Source: Anaeromyxobacter sp.
GTDB taxonomy: Bacteria; Myxococcota; Myxococcia; Myxococcales; Anaeromyxobacteraceae
Direction of reading: 5' to 3'
NCBI GenBank assembly: GCA_049840735.1
Contig: JASGJN010000004.1
Coordinates: 128,001 to 192,000, forward strand
DNA: 64,000 bases
Part shown: positions 30,148 to 39,633 of the stretch, in pieces
How the letters are laid out: the number at the start of each line of letters is the position of its first letter
How positions within the stretch are numbered: the first letter of the stretch is position 1
Notes under the pieces: generated by a model
The model's database searches: none
What the model was told of the DNA's origin: nothing
The model's input: only the letters and a program-made list of their open reading frames with translations
Program-made: the position numbers and the translations under genes

Positions 30148-31494
30148 ATGTCGACGCAACGGGACGGCTTCGCCTCCACGCTCGGCGCCCTCGCCGCCAC
30201 GCTGGGCTCCGCGGTCGGGCTGGGCAACATCTGGAAGTTCCCCTACCTGACCGGCTCCAACGGCGGCGCAGCCTTCGTGCTCACCTACCTGGTGGCCGTG
30301 GCGCTGGTGGGCGTGCCGGTCATGGCGGTGGAGCTGGCCATCGGGCGGCGGATGCGGGCCAGCGCGGTACGCGCCTACCGCGACGTGGTCCCCGGCCTGC
30401 CCGTGCTGGCGGCGGTGGGCTGGGCCGGCGTCCTCTCCTCCGTGCTGATCATGGCCTTCTACACCGACGTGGCGGGCTGGGTGTTCGCCACGGTGGCCCG
30501 CAGCGTGGCCGCGTCCGTGCGCGGCGTCCCGCTCGACCCCACCGGCTTCGTGGCCCTGGCCTCCGGCACCTGGGAGCCGGTGCTCTGGCAGGCCGGGGTG
30601 CTGCTGCTGGCCTGCGCCATCATCGCCGCCGGCGTGTCGCGCGGCATCGAGCGGGTGACGCGGGCCCTCATGCCGCTCCTGCTCGGGCTCCTGCTGCTGT
30701 GCGACCTGCGGGCGCTGACCCTGCCCGGCGCCTGGGCCGGCGTCAGCTACCTCTTCGCGCCCGACCTCTCCCGGCTCACCGGGCCGGTGCTCCTCTCCGC
30801 GCTGGGGCTGGCCTTCTTCAAGCTCTCGCTGGGCATGGGCACCATGACCACCTACGGCTCCTACCTGCCGGACCAGGTCCGGCTGGTGCCGACCGCCGCG
30901 CGGGTGGCGCTGGCCGACACGCTGGTGTCGCTGCTGGCCGGCCTGGCCATCTTCCCGGCGGTGTTCGCGCTGGGCGGCACGCCGGCCGGCGGGCCAGGGC
31001 TGCTCTTCCTGACCATCCCCAGGCTCTTCGCCCAGATGCCCATGGGCGGCCTCTTCACCACCCTCTTCTTCGTGCTGGCGGCCGTGGCGACCATCGGCGC
31101 CATGGTGAGCCTGGTGGAGGTGCCGGTGGCGGTGCTGGTGGAGCGCGGGGTGCGCCGGCCGCTCGCTGCGGCCGCGGCCGGGCTGGTCATGCTGGCGCTG
31201 GGCGCGCCGGCCACGCTCTCGCGCAGCCCGGGGCTGGGCGGCCTGCGCCTGGGGGATCGCACCCTCTTCGACCTCTTCGACTTCGCCTCCTCCAACCTGC
31301 TCCTGCCGCTGGGCGGCCTCTGCATCGCCGTCATCGGAGGCTGGCTGCTGCCGCGCTCGGCGCTGCTGGACGAGCTGACCCGCGGCCACCCCGGGCGCGC
31401 CCGGACCGCCGCCGCGGTGCAGCTGGCGGCGCGCTGGCTGGCCCCGGTGCTGATCGCGCTGATCCTGCTCTCCGGGCTCGGTGTGCTCGGCTGA
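30148..31494 (+). CDS. Sodium-dependent transporter (NSS/SNF family)
   Basis: GSAVGLGNIWKFPY, NGGAAF, AFFKLSLGMG.M.TYGSY, GPGLLF. Confidence 0.93.
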   Translation: MSTQRDGFASTLGALAATLGSAVGLGNIWKFPYLTGSNGGAAFVLTYLVAVALVGVPVMAVELAIGRRMRASAVRAYRDVVPGLPVLAAVGWAGVLSSVLIMAFYTDVAGWVFATVARSVAASVRGVPLDPTGFVALASGTWEPVLWQAGVLLLACAIIAAGVSRGIERVTRALMPLLLGLLLLCDLRALTLPGAWAGVSYLFAPDLSRLTGPVLLSALGLAFFKLSLGMGTMTTYGSYLPDQVRLVPTAARVALADTLVSLLAGLAIFPAVFALGGTPAGGPGLLFLTIPRLFAQMPMGGLFTTLFFVLAAVATIGAMVSLVEVPVAVLVERGVRRPLAAAAAGLVMLALGAPATLSRSPGLGGLRLGDRTLFDLFDFASSNLLLPLGGLCIAVIGGWLLPRSALLDELTRGHPGRARTAAAVQLAARWLAPVLIALILLSGLGVLG

Positions 31495-31552
31495 GGGCGC
31501 GTCCCTATCTTCGCCTGCCCGCCTTCGCGGGCCAGCGAGGAAGGTCGCCCCG

Positions 31553-32308
31553 ATGCCGTCGCGCAGCTCCACAGCCACCGCCGCCGCGCTGGCCCTGCTC
31601 CTCGCCTGCGGGCCGGGCGATCCGCCCTCCCCTCCACCGCCGACCGGGCCGAGCGGGCCCACCGGCACGAGCGGCCCCACGGGCCCGACGGGCCCGACCG
31701 GCGCCACCGGGCCCACCGGGCCCACCGGCACGCCCTCGACCTCGACCGTGTCGCTGGAGGTGGCGCCGGGCGGCGCGCCGGCGGGCGTCACCGAGGTGGA
31801 CTGGGAGGTGGTGGCGGTGGGGCTCTCCACCGGCGCGGCCCCGGCCGCGGGAGGCGCCTGCGACGAGGGCGGCACCGGGCACGAGCTGCGGACCACGGTG
31901 ACGTTCGCTCCCGGCGGCGCGGCCGCGCCGGTGGGGAGCGTCGACCTGCCGCCCGGGGGCTCGCTCCAGTCGGCCTGGCTGGTGCTGCGCGAAGGGCGGC
32001 TGGCGCGCGAGGGGCGGACCTACAAGGTGCACGCCGGCGCGCTCTGCCGCCAGCCCGACGGGCTCGACTACACGCGGCTGCGGCTGGCGCTGGACCAGCC
32101 CGCCAGCCTGGAGGGCGGCGCCGATCCGCGGGTGGTGATCCCCTTCGACGCCGCGGCCCAGCTGCAGGTCGAGCACGTCACCTGCCCCGCCGACGGGGTG
32201 GAGGAGTGCGACACGAGCGACGACCCGGACGACGACGGCGACCCCGCCACGCGGCTGCGCTACGCCTTCCCGGAGGAGATCCCGGCGCAGATGGAGCCGG
32301 AGGGGTAA
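31553..32308 (+). CDS. Lipoprotein with collagen-like (G-P-T) linker and acidic C-terminal domain
   Basis: Lipobox LLAC followed by about ten Gly-X-Y triplets (GPSGPTGTSGPTGPTGPTGATGPTGPTG). Confidence 0.7.
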   Translation: MPSRSSTATAAALALLLACGPGDPPSPPPPTGPSGPTGTSGPTGPTGPTGATGPTGPTGTPSTSTVSLEVAPGGAPAGVTEVDWEVVAVGLSTGAAPAAGGACDEGGTGHELRTTVTFAPGGAAAPVGSVDLPPGGSLQSAWLVLREGRLAREGRTYKVHAGALCRQPDGLDYTRLRLALDQPASLEGGADPRVVIPFDAAAQLQVEHVTCPADGVEECDTSDDPDDDGDPATRLRYAFPEEIPAQMEPEG

Positions 32309-32415
32309 GCCGCGTCAGGCCCCAGCCTCGGCGCGCGCGGTAACCGCCCGGCGAACGCCGTCTGGCGGGGCTGATCCAGTCGGTCGATGCTCCTCCGCTC
32401 ACAACGGAGGACGAC

Positions 32416-32805
32416 ATGACGGAGCAGGAGCGGACGCGTTGGACGAGGCTGGTCGCAGACTTCGAGGCAAGCGACCTCACGCAGCGGGAGTTCGCGACGG
32501 AGCGCGGGGTCTCGTTCAGCAACCTGCGCAACTGGCTGTACAAGCTTCGCAAGGAGTCCCGGCCCCTGCAGCCGGAGCCGCCCAAGGTGCCTGGTCAAGC
32601 CCCTGAGTCGGGCGCCCGCGCCGACGGGCTCGCGTCTGGTGCCGGTCCGTGTGGTAGCGTCCGCGGCGAAGCCGCGGACCTCGGTGGTGGCGGGTGAGCC
32701 GGGGGCGAGATGGTCCGAGATCGCGCTCCTCTCCGGCGTCCGGGTGCGCTTCCCCCCGTCGGCACCGATCCCAGGTACGTGCGCTCGCTGGCGGCGGCGC
32801 TGTAG
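32416..32805 (+). CDS. tnpA: IS66 accessory protein TnpA (frameshifted as sequenced)
   Basis: W..LVADFEASDLTQREFATERGVSFSNLRNWLYK HTH, followed across frame changes by RLVPVRV and SGVRVRF. Confidence 0.75.
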
Positions 32806-32808
32806 GCC

Positions 32809-33170
32809 GTGATCGGGATCCCGCAGTCGGTCCGCATCCTGATCGGCACCACGCCCATCGACATGCGGAAGTCGATCGACGGCCTCACCGCCATCGTGCA
32901 GCAGGAGATGAAGGAGGATGCCTACTCGGGCCACCTCTTCATCTTTGTGTCGCGGCGGCGCGACCGGGTGAAGATCCTGGCGTGGGACAAGGGGCGGCTT
33001 CGTGCTCGTCTACAAGCGACTGGAGCGCGGCCAGTTCAAGCTGCCGCACATGGACCCGTCCACGATGGCCGTCGAGATCGGACGCCACGCAGCTCGCGAT
33101 GCTGCTCGACGGGATCGACTTCGGCCGCGTCGGGCGCCCCAATCACTGGAAGCCCCCATCCCAGATTGGA
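32809..33170 (+). CDS. tnpB: IS66 accessory protein TnpB (frameshifted as sequenced; end approximate)
   Basis: PIDMRKSIDGL...SGHLFIFVSRRRDRVKILAWD, then YKRLERGQF, then QLAMLLDGID, in shifting frames. Confidence 0.85.
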
Positions 33171-33227
33171 TCTTCCGGGTCGTCGTCCCATGGACAAGCC
33201 CCGCCGCGCCGTGATCTACCGTCGTCA

Positions 33228-34775
33228 GTGAGCGGCGACGATCATCACTGTGCGTGGCGCGAGCCGGGCGGAGGCCCTCGAGGGCGAGCTCGCCGCGCTT
33301 CGTGCCGAGCACGCCGAGACCGTCGAGCAGCTCGCCGCCGTCCAGGCCACCATCGAGTAAGGCTGCAGCGCCACGTCTTCGGGAAGCGGTCAGGAGAAGA
33401 TGCCGTCCGTCGCCAAGGCAATCCGCGATCCGGGCCCGCGCCGAGGCGGAGCGGCTCGCGGCGCTGCAGACCCGGCGCGAGAACGCGAAGAAGAAGCGCC
33501 AGCCTCGTCACCCGCACCCGTCGAGCACAAGGTGCCCGAGGAGAAGAAGGCCTGCCCGAAGTGCGGCGGCCGCGAGTTCACCACGCTCGGCGACGGCAGG
33601 GAGACGGTGATCTACGAGCTCGTCCCCGCCATGGTGGAGCGCCAGCTCTCACGTCCAGGAGAAGTGCCGACTGCCGGTGCGGGGAGACGATCATTCACGG
33701 CGGGAGGGGCCGGCCAAGGTCTTCGACAAGACGCGCTTCGGCCCCACCTTCATGGCCCAGGTCGCCGTCTCGAAGTGTACGCCGGACCTCGCTGCCGCTC
33801 TACCGGCAGGCGAAGGCGTACCGCCGCGTCGGCGTCCAGGTGGACGACTCGACGCTGGGCGATCTCTTTCCACCGAACCGCCGAGATCTTGAACCCGCTC
33901 TATTGAGCGGCTGCTGTAAGCTCGTCTCCGAGAAGCGGAGATCGTGCTCGCAGACGAGACGACCCAGCGCGTGCAGGCGAAGGGGAAGACGCGGACGGCC
34001 TGGCTGTGGAGCTTCATCGGCCGCGACGAGCTCGAGAGCGAGCTCATCGGGCCTACGTCTTCGCCAACAGCCGATCCGGCGAGACGGCCGGTGAAGGTGC
34101 TCGGGGAGACCGAAGGCAAGCTCGTCGCCGACGCGTACAGCTGGCTACAACAAGGTGAGCAAGCCGGGCCAGCGCGAGCGCGCGGGGTGCCTCGCCCACG
34201 TCCGGCGCTACTTCTTCGACGCGCAGTTCGGCGGCGCCCGAGGCGGCAAAGCAGGCGATTGCGACGCTTCATCCGCTGGATGTCTACCGGGTGGAGCGCG
34301 CCGCGGCTCGACGCCGATCTGCTCGGCACCCCCGAGCATCTCGAGATGCGCCAGACGAAGAGCAAGGCGATCATGGACGCCTTCCACGCCTGGCTGCTCA
34401 CCGAACAGGGCCGGCACCCTGCCCCGTGGCGCGATGGGCGAGGCCATTCAACTACACCCTCGGCCAGTGGGGACGAGCTCAACCTCTTCCTCACGGACCC
34501 GCACCTCCCCATCGACAACAATGCCTCCCGAGCGCGCCCTGCGGGTCGCCGCGCTCGGGCGCAAGAACTTCCTCTTCGTGGGCACGGATCACGCCGGCGA
34601 GAACCTGGCCGGCCTCTACTCGCTCATCGCCACCTGCGAGGTGAACGGCGTCCAACCCCGTCGGCTCTACCTCGCCGACGTGCTCCTCCGCGTCCAGACT
34701 CACCCGGCCTCGCAGATCGACGAGCTGCTCCCGCACCGCTGGAAGCCGCCCCCCGAAGCCCAGCCGTCGGCCTGA
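33228..34775 (+). CDS. tnpC: IS66 transposase TnpC (multiple frameshifts as sequenced)
   Basis: Fragments FGKRS, CPKCG, LPLYRQ, ADET, LVADAY, GCLAHVRRYF, PIDNN, ERALR...GRKNFLF, IDELLP. Confidence 0.88.
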
Positions 34776-34949
34776 AGCTGGTCGGCGGCGAACACGAACA
34801 CCATCAAGGAGAGCCACGGGCCCGCGGTCGCGCGGGCTGCCTGGAGTGCTACGTCAAGACGTCCATGCCCGGGCGGTTACCGCGCGCGGGCCCCTCACTG
34901 CCGGCGGCTGGATGTGCTCACAAGGGACTCGCCACTCAGCCTCGAAGGC

Positions 34950-35215
34950 AATGACGAGACCTCCCGGAGCTCCAAGTGGTCGAAGTAGACAAGCGGCGGC
35001 CCCACCGAGACCTCAAACTAGCCGTTGCCGAGGCGCCGCAGCATGGTGGCCTATCCCTCCTCCGCTACCCCGCTTCAACTTCCCTCGGCACCTCGGCCAT
35101 CGGCACGGCCACCCACATCGACCCGCGCTCCGTCTCCAGCCGCAGGAAGCTGTACGGCGGCCCATCGACGTGCTCCATCACGGTGCCGGTGACGGTTGGC
35201 GTTCGGGCCCGTGCG
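34950..35215 (-). pseudogene. Remnant of a small OB-fold-like protein gene
   Basis: VTGTVMEHVDGPPYSFLRLETERGSMWVAVP resembles GxVxExxxxxxYxYxxxxxxxGxxWxAVP beta-barrel proteins. There is no clear start, and it is followed by stops. Confidence 0.4.
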
Positions 35216-35245
35216 CGGCGGGGCGATGGCAGGAGGTACAGGGCG

Positions 35246-35704
35246 CTAGTGAGTTCCTGGCGTCGGACACTTCGCGGCTCGAAATAGGACGTCTCCCTGA
35301 ACGCAGCCCCGGCCAACAGGGTCATCAGTGAGTGAAGCTTCGACATCCGCACACCAAAGTCTATCCACTTTGCATTCGCCCCAGCGGTCGGCACTGTAGT
35401 CTCTTACGACTTCCACTTGGCAGCCATCGGCTCGCGGCACGATGAAATAGTCAACAATCACTGGGTCACCTTCAATCGTAAAATTCCTTTGCTCGCGATG
35501 AGCGGGGGCGCATTGGGCGAACGCCCCTCGCATGCACTCGTCATCTGAGCACTCACGGTATTGTCGTTCTCTCAAGAGTTGCACCACAAAAGTGCGGGCC
35601 GCAGCCCCGGCAGTTCCTGCCGGCGGCGCGCCGCTTCTCACGGTTCGGCATGCTCCCCCGCAAAGCAGCGCCGCAAGCAGCACAGTGACCCTTGATAGAC
35701 CCAT
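35246..35704 (-). CDS. Cys-rich exported protein/lipoprotein, candidate RHS immunity protein
   Basis: Starts 15 bp after the toxin stop with a GGGGAG RBS. Signal peptide ending GGAC, a TIEGDP motif reminiscent of DUF4362, and visibly lower GC than the flanks. Confidence 0.7.
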   Translation of the reverse strand: MGLSRVTVLLAALLCGGACRTVRSGAPPAGTAGAAARTFVVQLLRERQYRECSDDECMRGAFAQCAPAHREQRNFTIEGDPVIVDYFIVPRADGCQVEVVRDYSADRWGECKVDRLWCADVEASLTDDPVGRGCVQGDVLFRAAKCPTPGTH

Positions 35705-35719
35705 GCGCTCTCCCCGCCA

Positions 35720-36323
35720 TTACAGGCTGCAGGCACCGGGCGCGACCCCGCTCGGATGAGGGACTCCCTTCCCGCCATTGTGTTTCCAGCCGCAATTGTG
35801 CGCAAACTCATGAACCAAGACGTCCGCAGAGCAATTCGGCTTGACGCGATTGCACCAGGTCACCTTGCACGTCCCTGGGCCTCCTGCACAGGCGTTGACC
35901 CGCGCACTGCCGTCATCGCAACACGCCGGGTCCGGCTCCTCTGGACACCTGAGATGGGCATGCTCGTTTTGCTTCAGGATGCACTGCTTCAAGTTGACGT
36001 CCGTAACGGCGTCGGCCGCCATTATCACGTCGGTCTCCTTGGGCAGGCCGAGGCAGGCCCTGTCCTTCGTGAACAGGCCAAAGCGATCCGTGTACTTCAG
36101 CGGATTCCCACTCCCATAGCTGTACCAGTCCACCCCGTAGTCGGAATTGAACTCGCCATCGAGCGCAATCGGGTCCGGCTCCAGATACCTCCCCACGCCC
36201 GGCAGATACCACCTGTTCCAGTTGTAGTACGGTCCCTGAAGCCCCAGGCTCCCGAGCAGCCGCTCGTCGTACTGCCCGGGCAGACGCAGGTTCGTCACGA
36301 CCGCGCCAGCGGAGGGCGTGTCC
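35720..36323 (-). pseudogene. 5'-truncated RHS repeat-associated core with C-terminal HExxH toxin domain
   Basis: NLRLPGQY...YYNWNRWY.PGVGRYLEPDP...YSY...NPLKYTDRFGL core, then a Cys-rich tip with LVHEFAHNCGWKH. The 5' end abuts the TGT terminus of the mobile element. Confidence 0.9.
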
Positions 36324-36368
36324 TGTGCCGCGCCGCCGGAGTCAGCCGTTTGATCCGGCCTCAATCAC

Positions 36369-37457
36369 CTAGCATCCGCCTCCCCGTTCGCAGCGCAGGT
36401 AGCCGCGCTTCGTCAGCGCCCACTCGATGGCGAGGCGCTCGGCCATCGCCGCGGTCGCGCCGCGGCCTTCCACCTGCCGCCTGATCCGGGCGGCGCGGTC
36501 CTGCACCTCCTCGCGCAGCGCGTCCCGGTCCTCGTGCAGCTCCGGGCGCGCCTGCCAGGCCTCCTCGCTCGTGCGCCAGCCCAGGTTATGCCTTGGCCAG
36601 GCGCCGTTCAATGCCAGCAGCATCTCCTCCGCACAGCCTTTCGAGGTCGCCTTCCGGGATTGCGCCGTCCTTTTGCAAAAGAGCCATTCGCGGTGCTCCC
36701 GGTTCTGCCGCTCGAGCTGGCCGTAGTAGCCCGGGTGGCCGCGGCGGGCCCTGCAGCAGCAGGACCTTGTGGCGCCGCAGCACGTCCATCACCTCGCCTG
36801 TCCTGTGGCACTTGGCCCGGTCAGCCCGTAGCACCAGCGGCGCCCCGTGGGCGGCGAAGTCCTGCTCCAGGGTGTCAGCCACGGCGTGGCCGTCGTAGGC
36901 CGGCACCACCGCGGCGGTGGTGCGGTACGGCAGGGCGGCGTCGGCCGCCACCAGGGGCGAAGCGGCGCCCGGCGGTGGTGGCGAGGTGCATGGCGTCGAA
37001 GCCGCGGACGGCGCCAGCGGCGGTGACCTCCACGGTGGCGCTGGCAGCCTTGCGCTCCCGCTCCATCGCGGTCAGCGTCTCGTGCTTCACGGCCGCCGCC
37101 TGGCGCCGGGATACGCCCCGGCACGGCGTGCCGGATGGCCTCGGCGCCGACCAGGCCGCGGAGGCTGCGGACAACGGCGGCGACCTCGGCCTTGAGATCG
37201 AGGCGGATCGGCGCGGCCGCCGGAGCGGGCGGCTCTCCCGCTGCCAGTTGCTTGCGCCAGCGCGCCACCGTGGCCGGACTCGCGTCCACCAGCGCGCACG
37301 ACAGCGCCGCCGGCATCCCGGCCTCCCTCAGCGTCCGCTCGGCCTCGAGCCTCATCAGGATCTCCGCACCGTCGGGCTCATCGCCCTCACCGCCACCGCC
37401 CGGGCGGCTCTTCCTGGGCCGCGAGGTCCGCACCCGGGTATGCACCACCTGGCTCAT
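36369..37457 (-). CDS. Second DDE/integrase-core-like protein (frameshifted as sequenced; may be fused to the upstream HTH ORF)
   Basis: Reconstructed across frames: ASPATVARWRK HTH, VRGFDAMHL (D), ALVAADAA, HGAPLVLRADRAKCH (D), GPPRHPGYYGQLERQNRE (E), LNGAWPRHNLGWRT. The stop codon lies in the terminal repeat. Confidence 0.7.
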
Positions 37458-37459
37458 CG

Positions 37460-37778
37460 CTCCGGAAGATCCGGTCGATCATCTCCGCCCGGGTCTGGAG
37501 CTTCCGGTTCTCCCGCCGCAGCTCCTCCAGCTGGCGCTCCAGCTCCGCCTCCCGCTCCGGCTTCGGCTGGCGCCCCGGAGCGCTCGGGGTCACTCCCTCC
37601 ACCATCCCCTTGAGCCCCCTTGTGCAAGAGCGTCTGGAAGTGGTTCCGCGGACAGGCCCAGCTTCCGGGCTCCCTCGCTCACCGACAGCTCCCCCGACAT
37701 CACCGACAGCATCGTCCCCAGGCGCTCCTGCAGCTCCGGCGGCACCTCGGGCGCGGGCTCGTAGGTCTTCTTCGGCAT
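37460..37778 (-). CDS. HTH plus coiled-coil protein (IS3 OrfA-like architecture; 3' end uncertain)
   Basis: GAGGAG RBS; MPKKTY...MLSVMSGELSVSEGARKLGLSRNHFQTLL...PGRQPKPEREAELERQLEELRREN, with one frame change. Confidence 0.65.
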
Positions 37779-37841
37779 GGGCGCGCTCCTCGGACCCAGC
37801 GTCACACGCCGCGATCTCGCCCGCGAGTTTCCGATCCCACC

Positions 37842-38352
37842 TCAGGGCGCGACCGCGCCACCCGTCCTCGGGGTCGAAGCCTGGCCGGCCTCCCCCTTCT
37901 TCGTCACCGAGCCGCTCGAAGGCTTCGCGCCATCCTTCGTCGAGCTGGGCCGGCCCAGACCCGGCAACGTCACGCGCCCCTTCCCCAGCAGCTTCCGCGT
38001 CATCAGCAGGAGCCGCTCCCGCTCGCCGCTTCTCCTGCTCCAGGCGCTGCACCTTCGTCTCCAGCTCCGCGATCTTCCGGTCCTGGCTCGGCGGCCGCCC
38101 CGGCTTCGTCGCCGGCGTCGGCGACAGCGCCTCCAGCATCGCGTTCGAGCGCCCAGCTCCTCCAGCTGGTAGTACCGGCCCCGCGACAGCTTCGCCTCCG
38201 CGATCGCGTCCGTCACCGGCGCGCTCCCCCGACAGCACCGACAGGACCAGCAGGCAGCGCCGCCTGGCCATCTCGTCCAGCTCCTGCCGCGTCTTCAGCC
38301 ACCTGGGCACGGGTCGCGGCCGGTGCCGCCTCGATCGCCTCGTCTCGCTCAT
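37842..38352 (-). CDS. HTH plus coiled-coil protein, paralog of the downstream ORF (frameshifted as sequenced)
   Basis: AAGGAGGAGG RBS; VLSVLSGE..VTDAIAEAKLSRGRYYQLE...AMLEALSP...PGRPP...KIAELETKVQRLEQEK. Confidence 0.65.
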
Positions 38353-39535
38353 GGACGCCCTCCTCCTTCAACGGGATGGTCTGCTCCTCGCCGCCCACGT
38401 TCACCCGCAGCCCCTCTGCGCTCGCCGCGATCGAGAGGTCCCGATCGCCCAGCCGGCCCACCAGGTAGAAGGGCTTTAGTGGCGGCTTCTCCTTTGCCAG
38501 CCGCAGCGCGTTGGCCTGCACGCTCCGCTCCACCGCGGCACGCACCTGCGGTGCCGCCTGGAAGAAGCGATCCGCCGGCACCAACCCCGCCAGCGCCTGG
38601 TGCGGCCGCCTGGAAGTTGTACCCGTCGATGAAGAGCCCGATCCGCCGCGCGCAGTCGGCGAAGTCCGAGAAGACCGTCCGGGACAACAGCTCGTCCCAT
38701 AGCGTCTTCCAGAACCGCTCGACCTTGCCCAGCGTCTGCGGGTGCTGCGGCCGGCTCTTCACGTGCCGGATCCCCCTGCCGCCGCAGCTCCCCCTCGAAC
38801 TCCGTCGTCCCGCGCCACGCCGTGTACTGCCGGCCCTGGTCCGTGAGGATCTCCCCGCGGCGCGCCCGTACACGCCGCGATCCCGCGGTTCCAGCGCCTC
38901 CATCACCAGCCCCGACCGCTGGTGGTGCGCGATCGCGTGCGACACCAGGAACCGCGAGTGGTCGTCCATGAACGCGGCCATGTACAGCCGCTCGTGCCGC
39001 CGCAGCAGGAACGTGAAGATGTCCGATCTGCCACAGTTCGTTCGGCTGCGCCCGCTCGAAGCGGCGCTCCGGGTGATCCCTCGGCCCCGCCGGCTCCTTC
39101 TCCTCGATCAGCCCTTCCTCGTGCAGGATCCGCCGAACCTCGTGCTCCGACACGCCCAGCGACTGGAACCGCCCCAGCAGCTGCGAGATTCGCCGCGTCC
39201 CGAACTCCGGGTGCTCACCGCGAAGCTCCGTCACCGCCACCCGCTTCGGGTCCTCGGGATTGCTCGTCTTGCCCGGCCGGCCCAGGTTCGGCTTTGGATC
39301 CAGCCCGGCCATCCCATCGGCCTTGAACCGCTCCACCCAGGTACGCAGGGTCGTGAGCGACAACCCGTACAGCCCGGGCCACGTGCGTGATGGGCACCTG
39401 CTTGTCCACCACCTGCCGCACCGCCCGCAACCGGAACGCCAACGGGTGGATCCTCGGGTTCCCCGCCGAGCCGCTCCGCCGCACCCCACCGCGTCCGTTC
39501 CCGGACCCGACCTTGTCCTTCGTTCGCTTGCTCAT
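38213..39535 (-). CDS. IS481-family-like DDE transposase (frameshifted as sequenced)
   Basis: AAGGAG RBS; HTH LSLTTLRTWVERFKADG, HPEFGTRRI, RFERAQPNELWQ.DIF (D), DDHSRF, ILTDQGRQY (D), HPQTLGKVERFWKTL (E), YNFQRPHQAL, PADRF. Confidence 0.88.
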
Positions 39536-39633
39536 CCGTCGCTCCTTCTCGGCCGCTGCGTCAGCGTCCGAGGGCGACGGGTGCTAGGTCATCAAATGGG
39601 GGAGCAAACGCTCATCCGGTGGCGCGCGGCACA

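Larger units (their letters stand above)
32340..34880 (+). mobile_element. IS66-family insertion sequence (2541 bp) with 8-bp target site duplication
   Basis: Ends are GTAACCGCCCGG... and ...CCGGGCGGTTAC, with CGCGCGCG on both flanks (32332-32339 and 34881-34888) and tnpA-tnpB-tnpC organisation. Confidence 0.95.
36324..39633 (-). mobile_element. 3.3-kb TGT...ACA transposable element: IS481-like transposase plus HTH genes plus a second DDE integrase-like gene
   Basis: Left end TGTGCCGCGCCGCCGGAGTCAGCCGTTTGATCCGGCCTCAATCACCTAGCATCCG matches the reverse complement of the right end, TGTGCCGCGCGCCACCGGATGAGCGTTTGCTCCCCCATTTGATGACCTAGCACCCG. The coding sequences on both flanks are cut exactly at these ends. 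No target duplication is visible. Confidence 0.88.
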
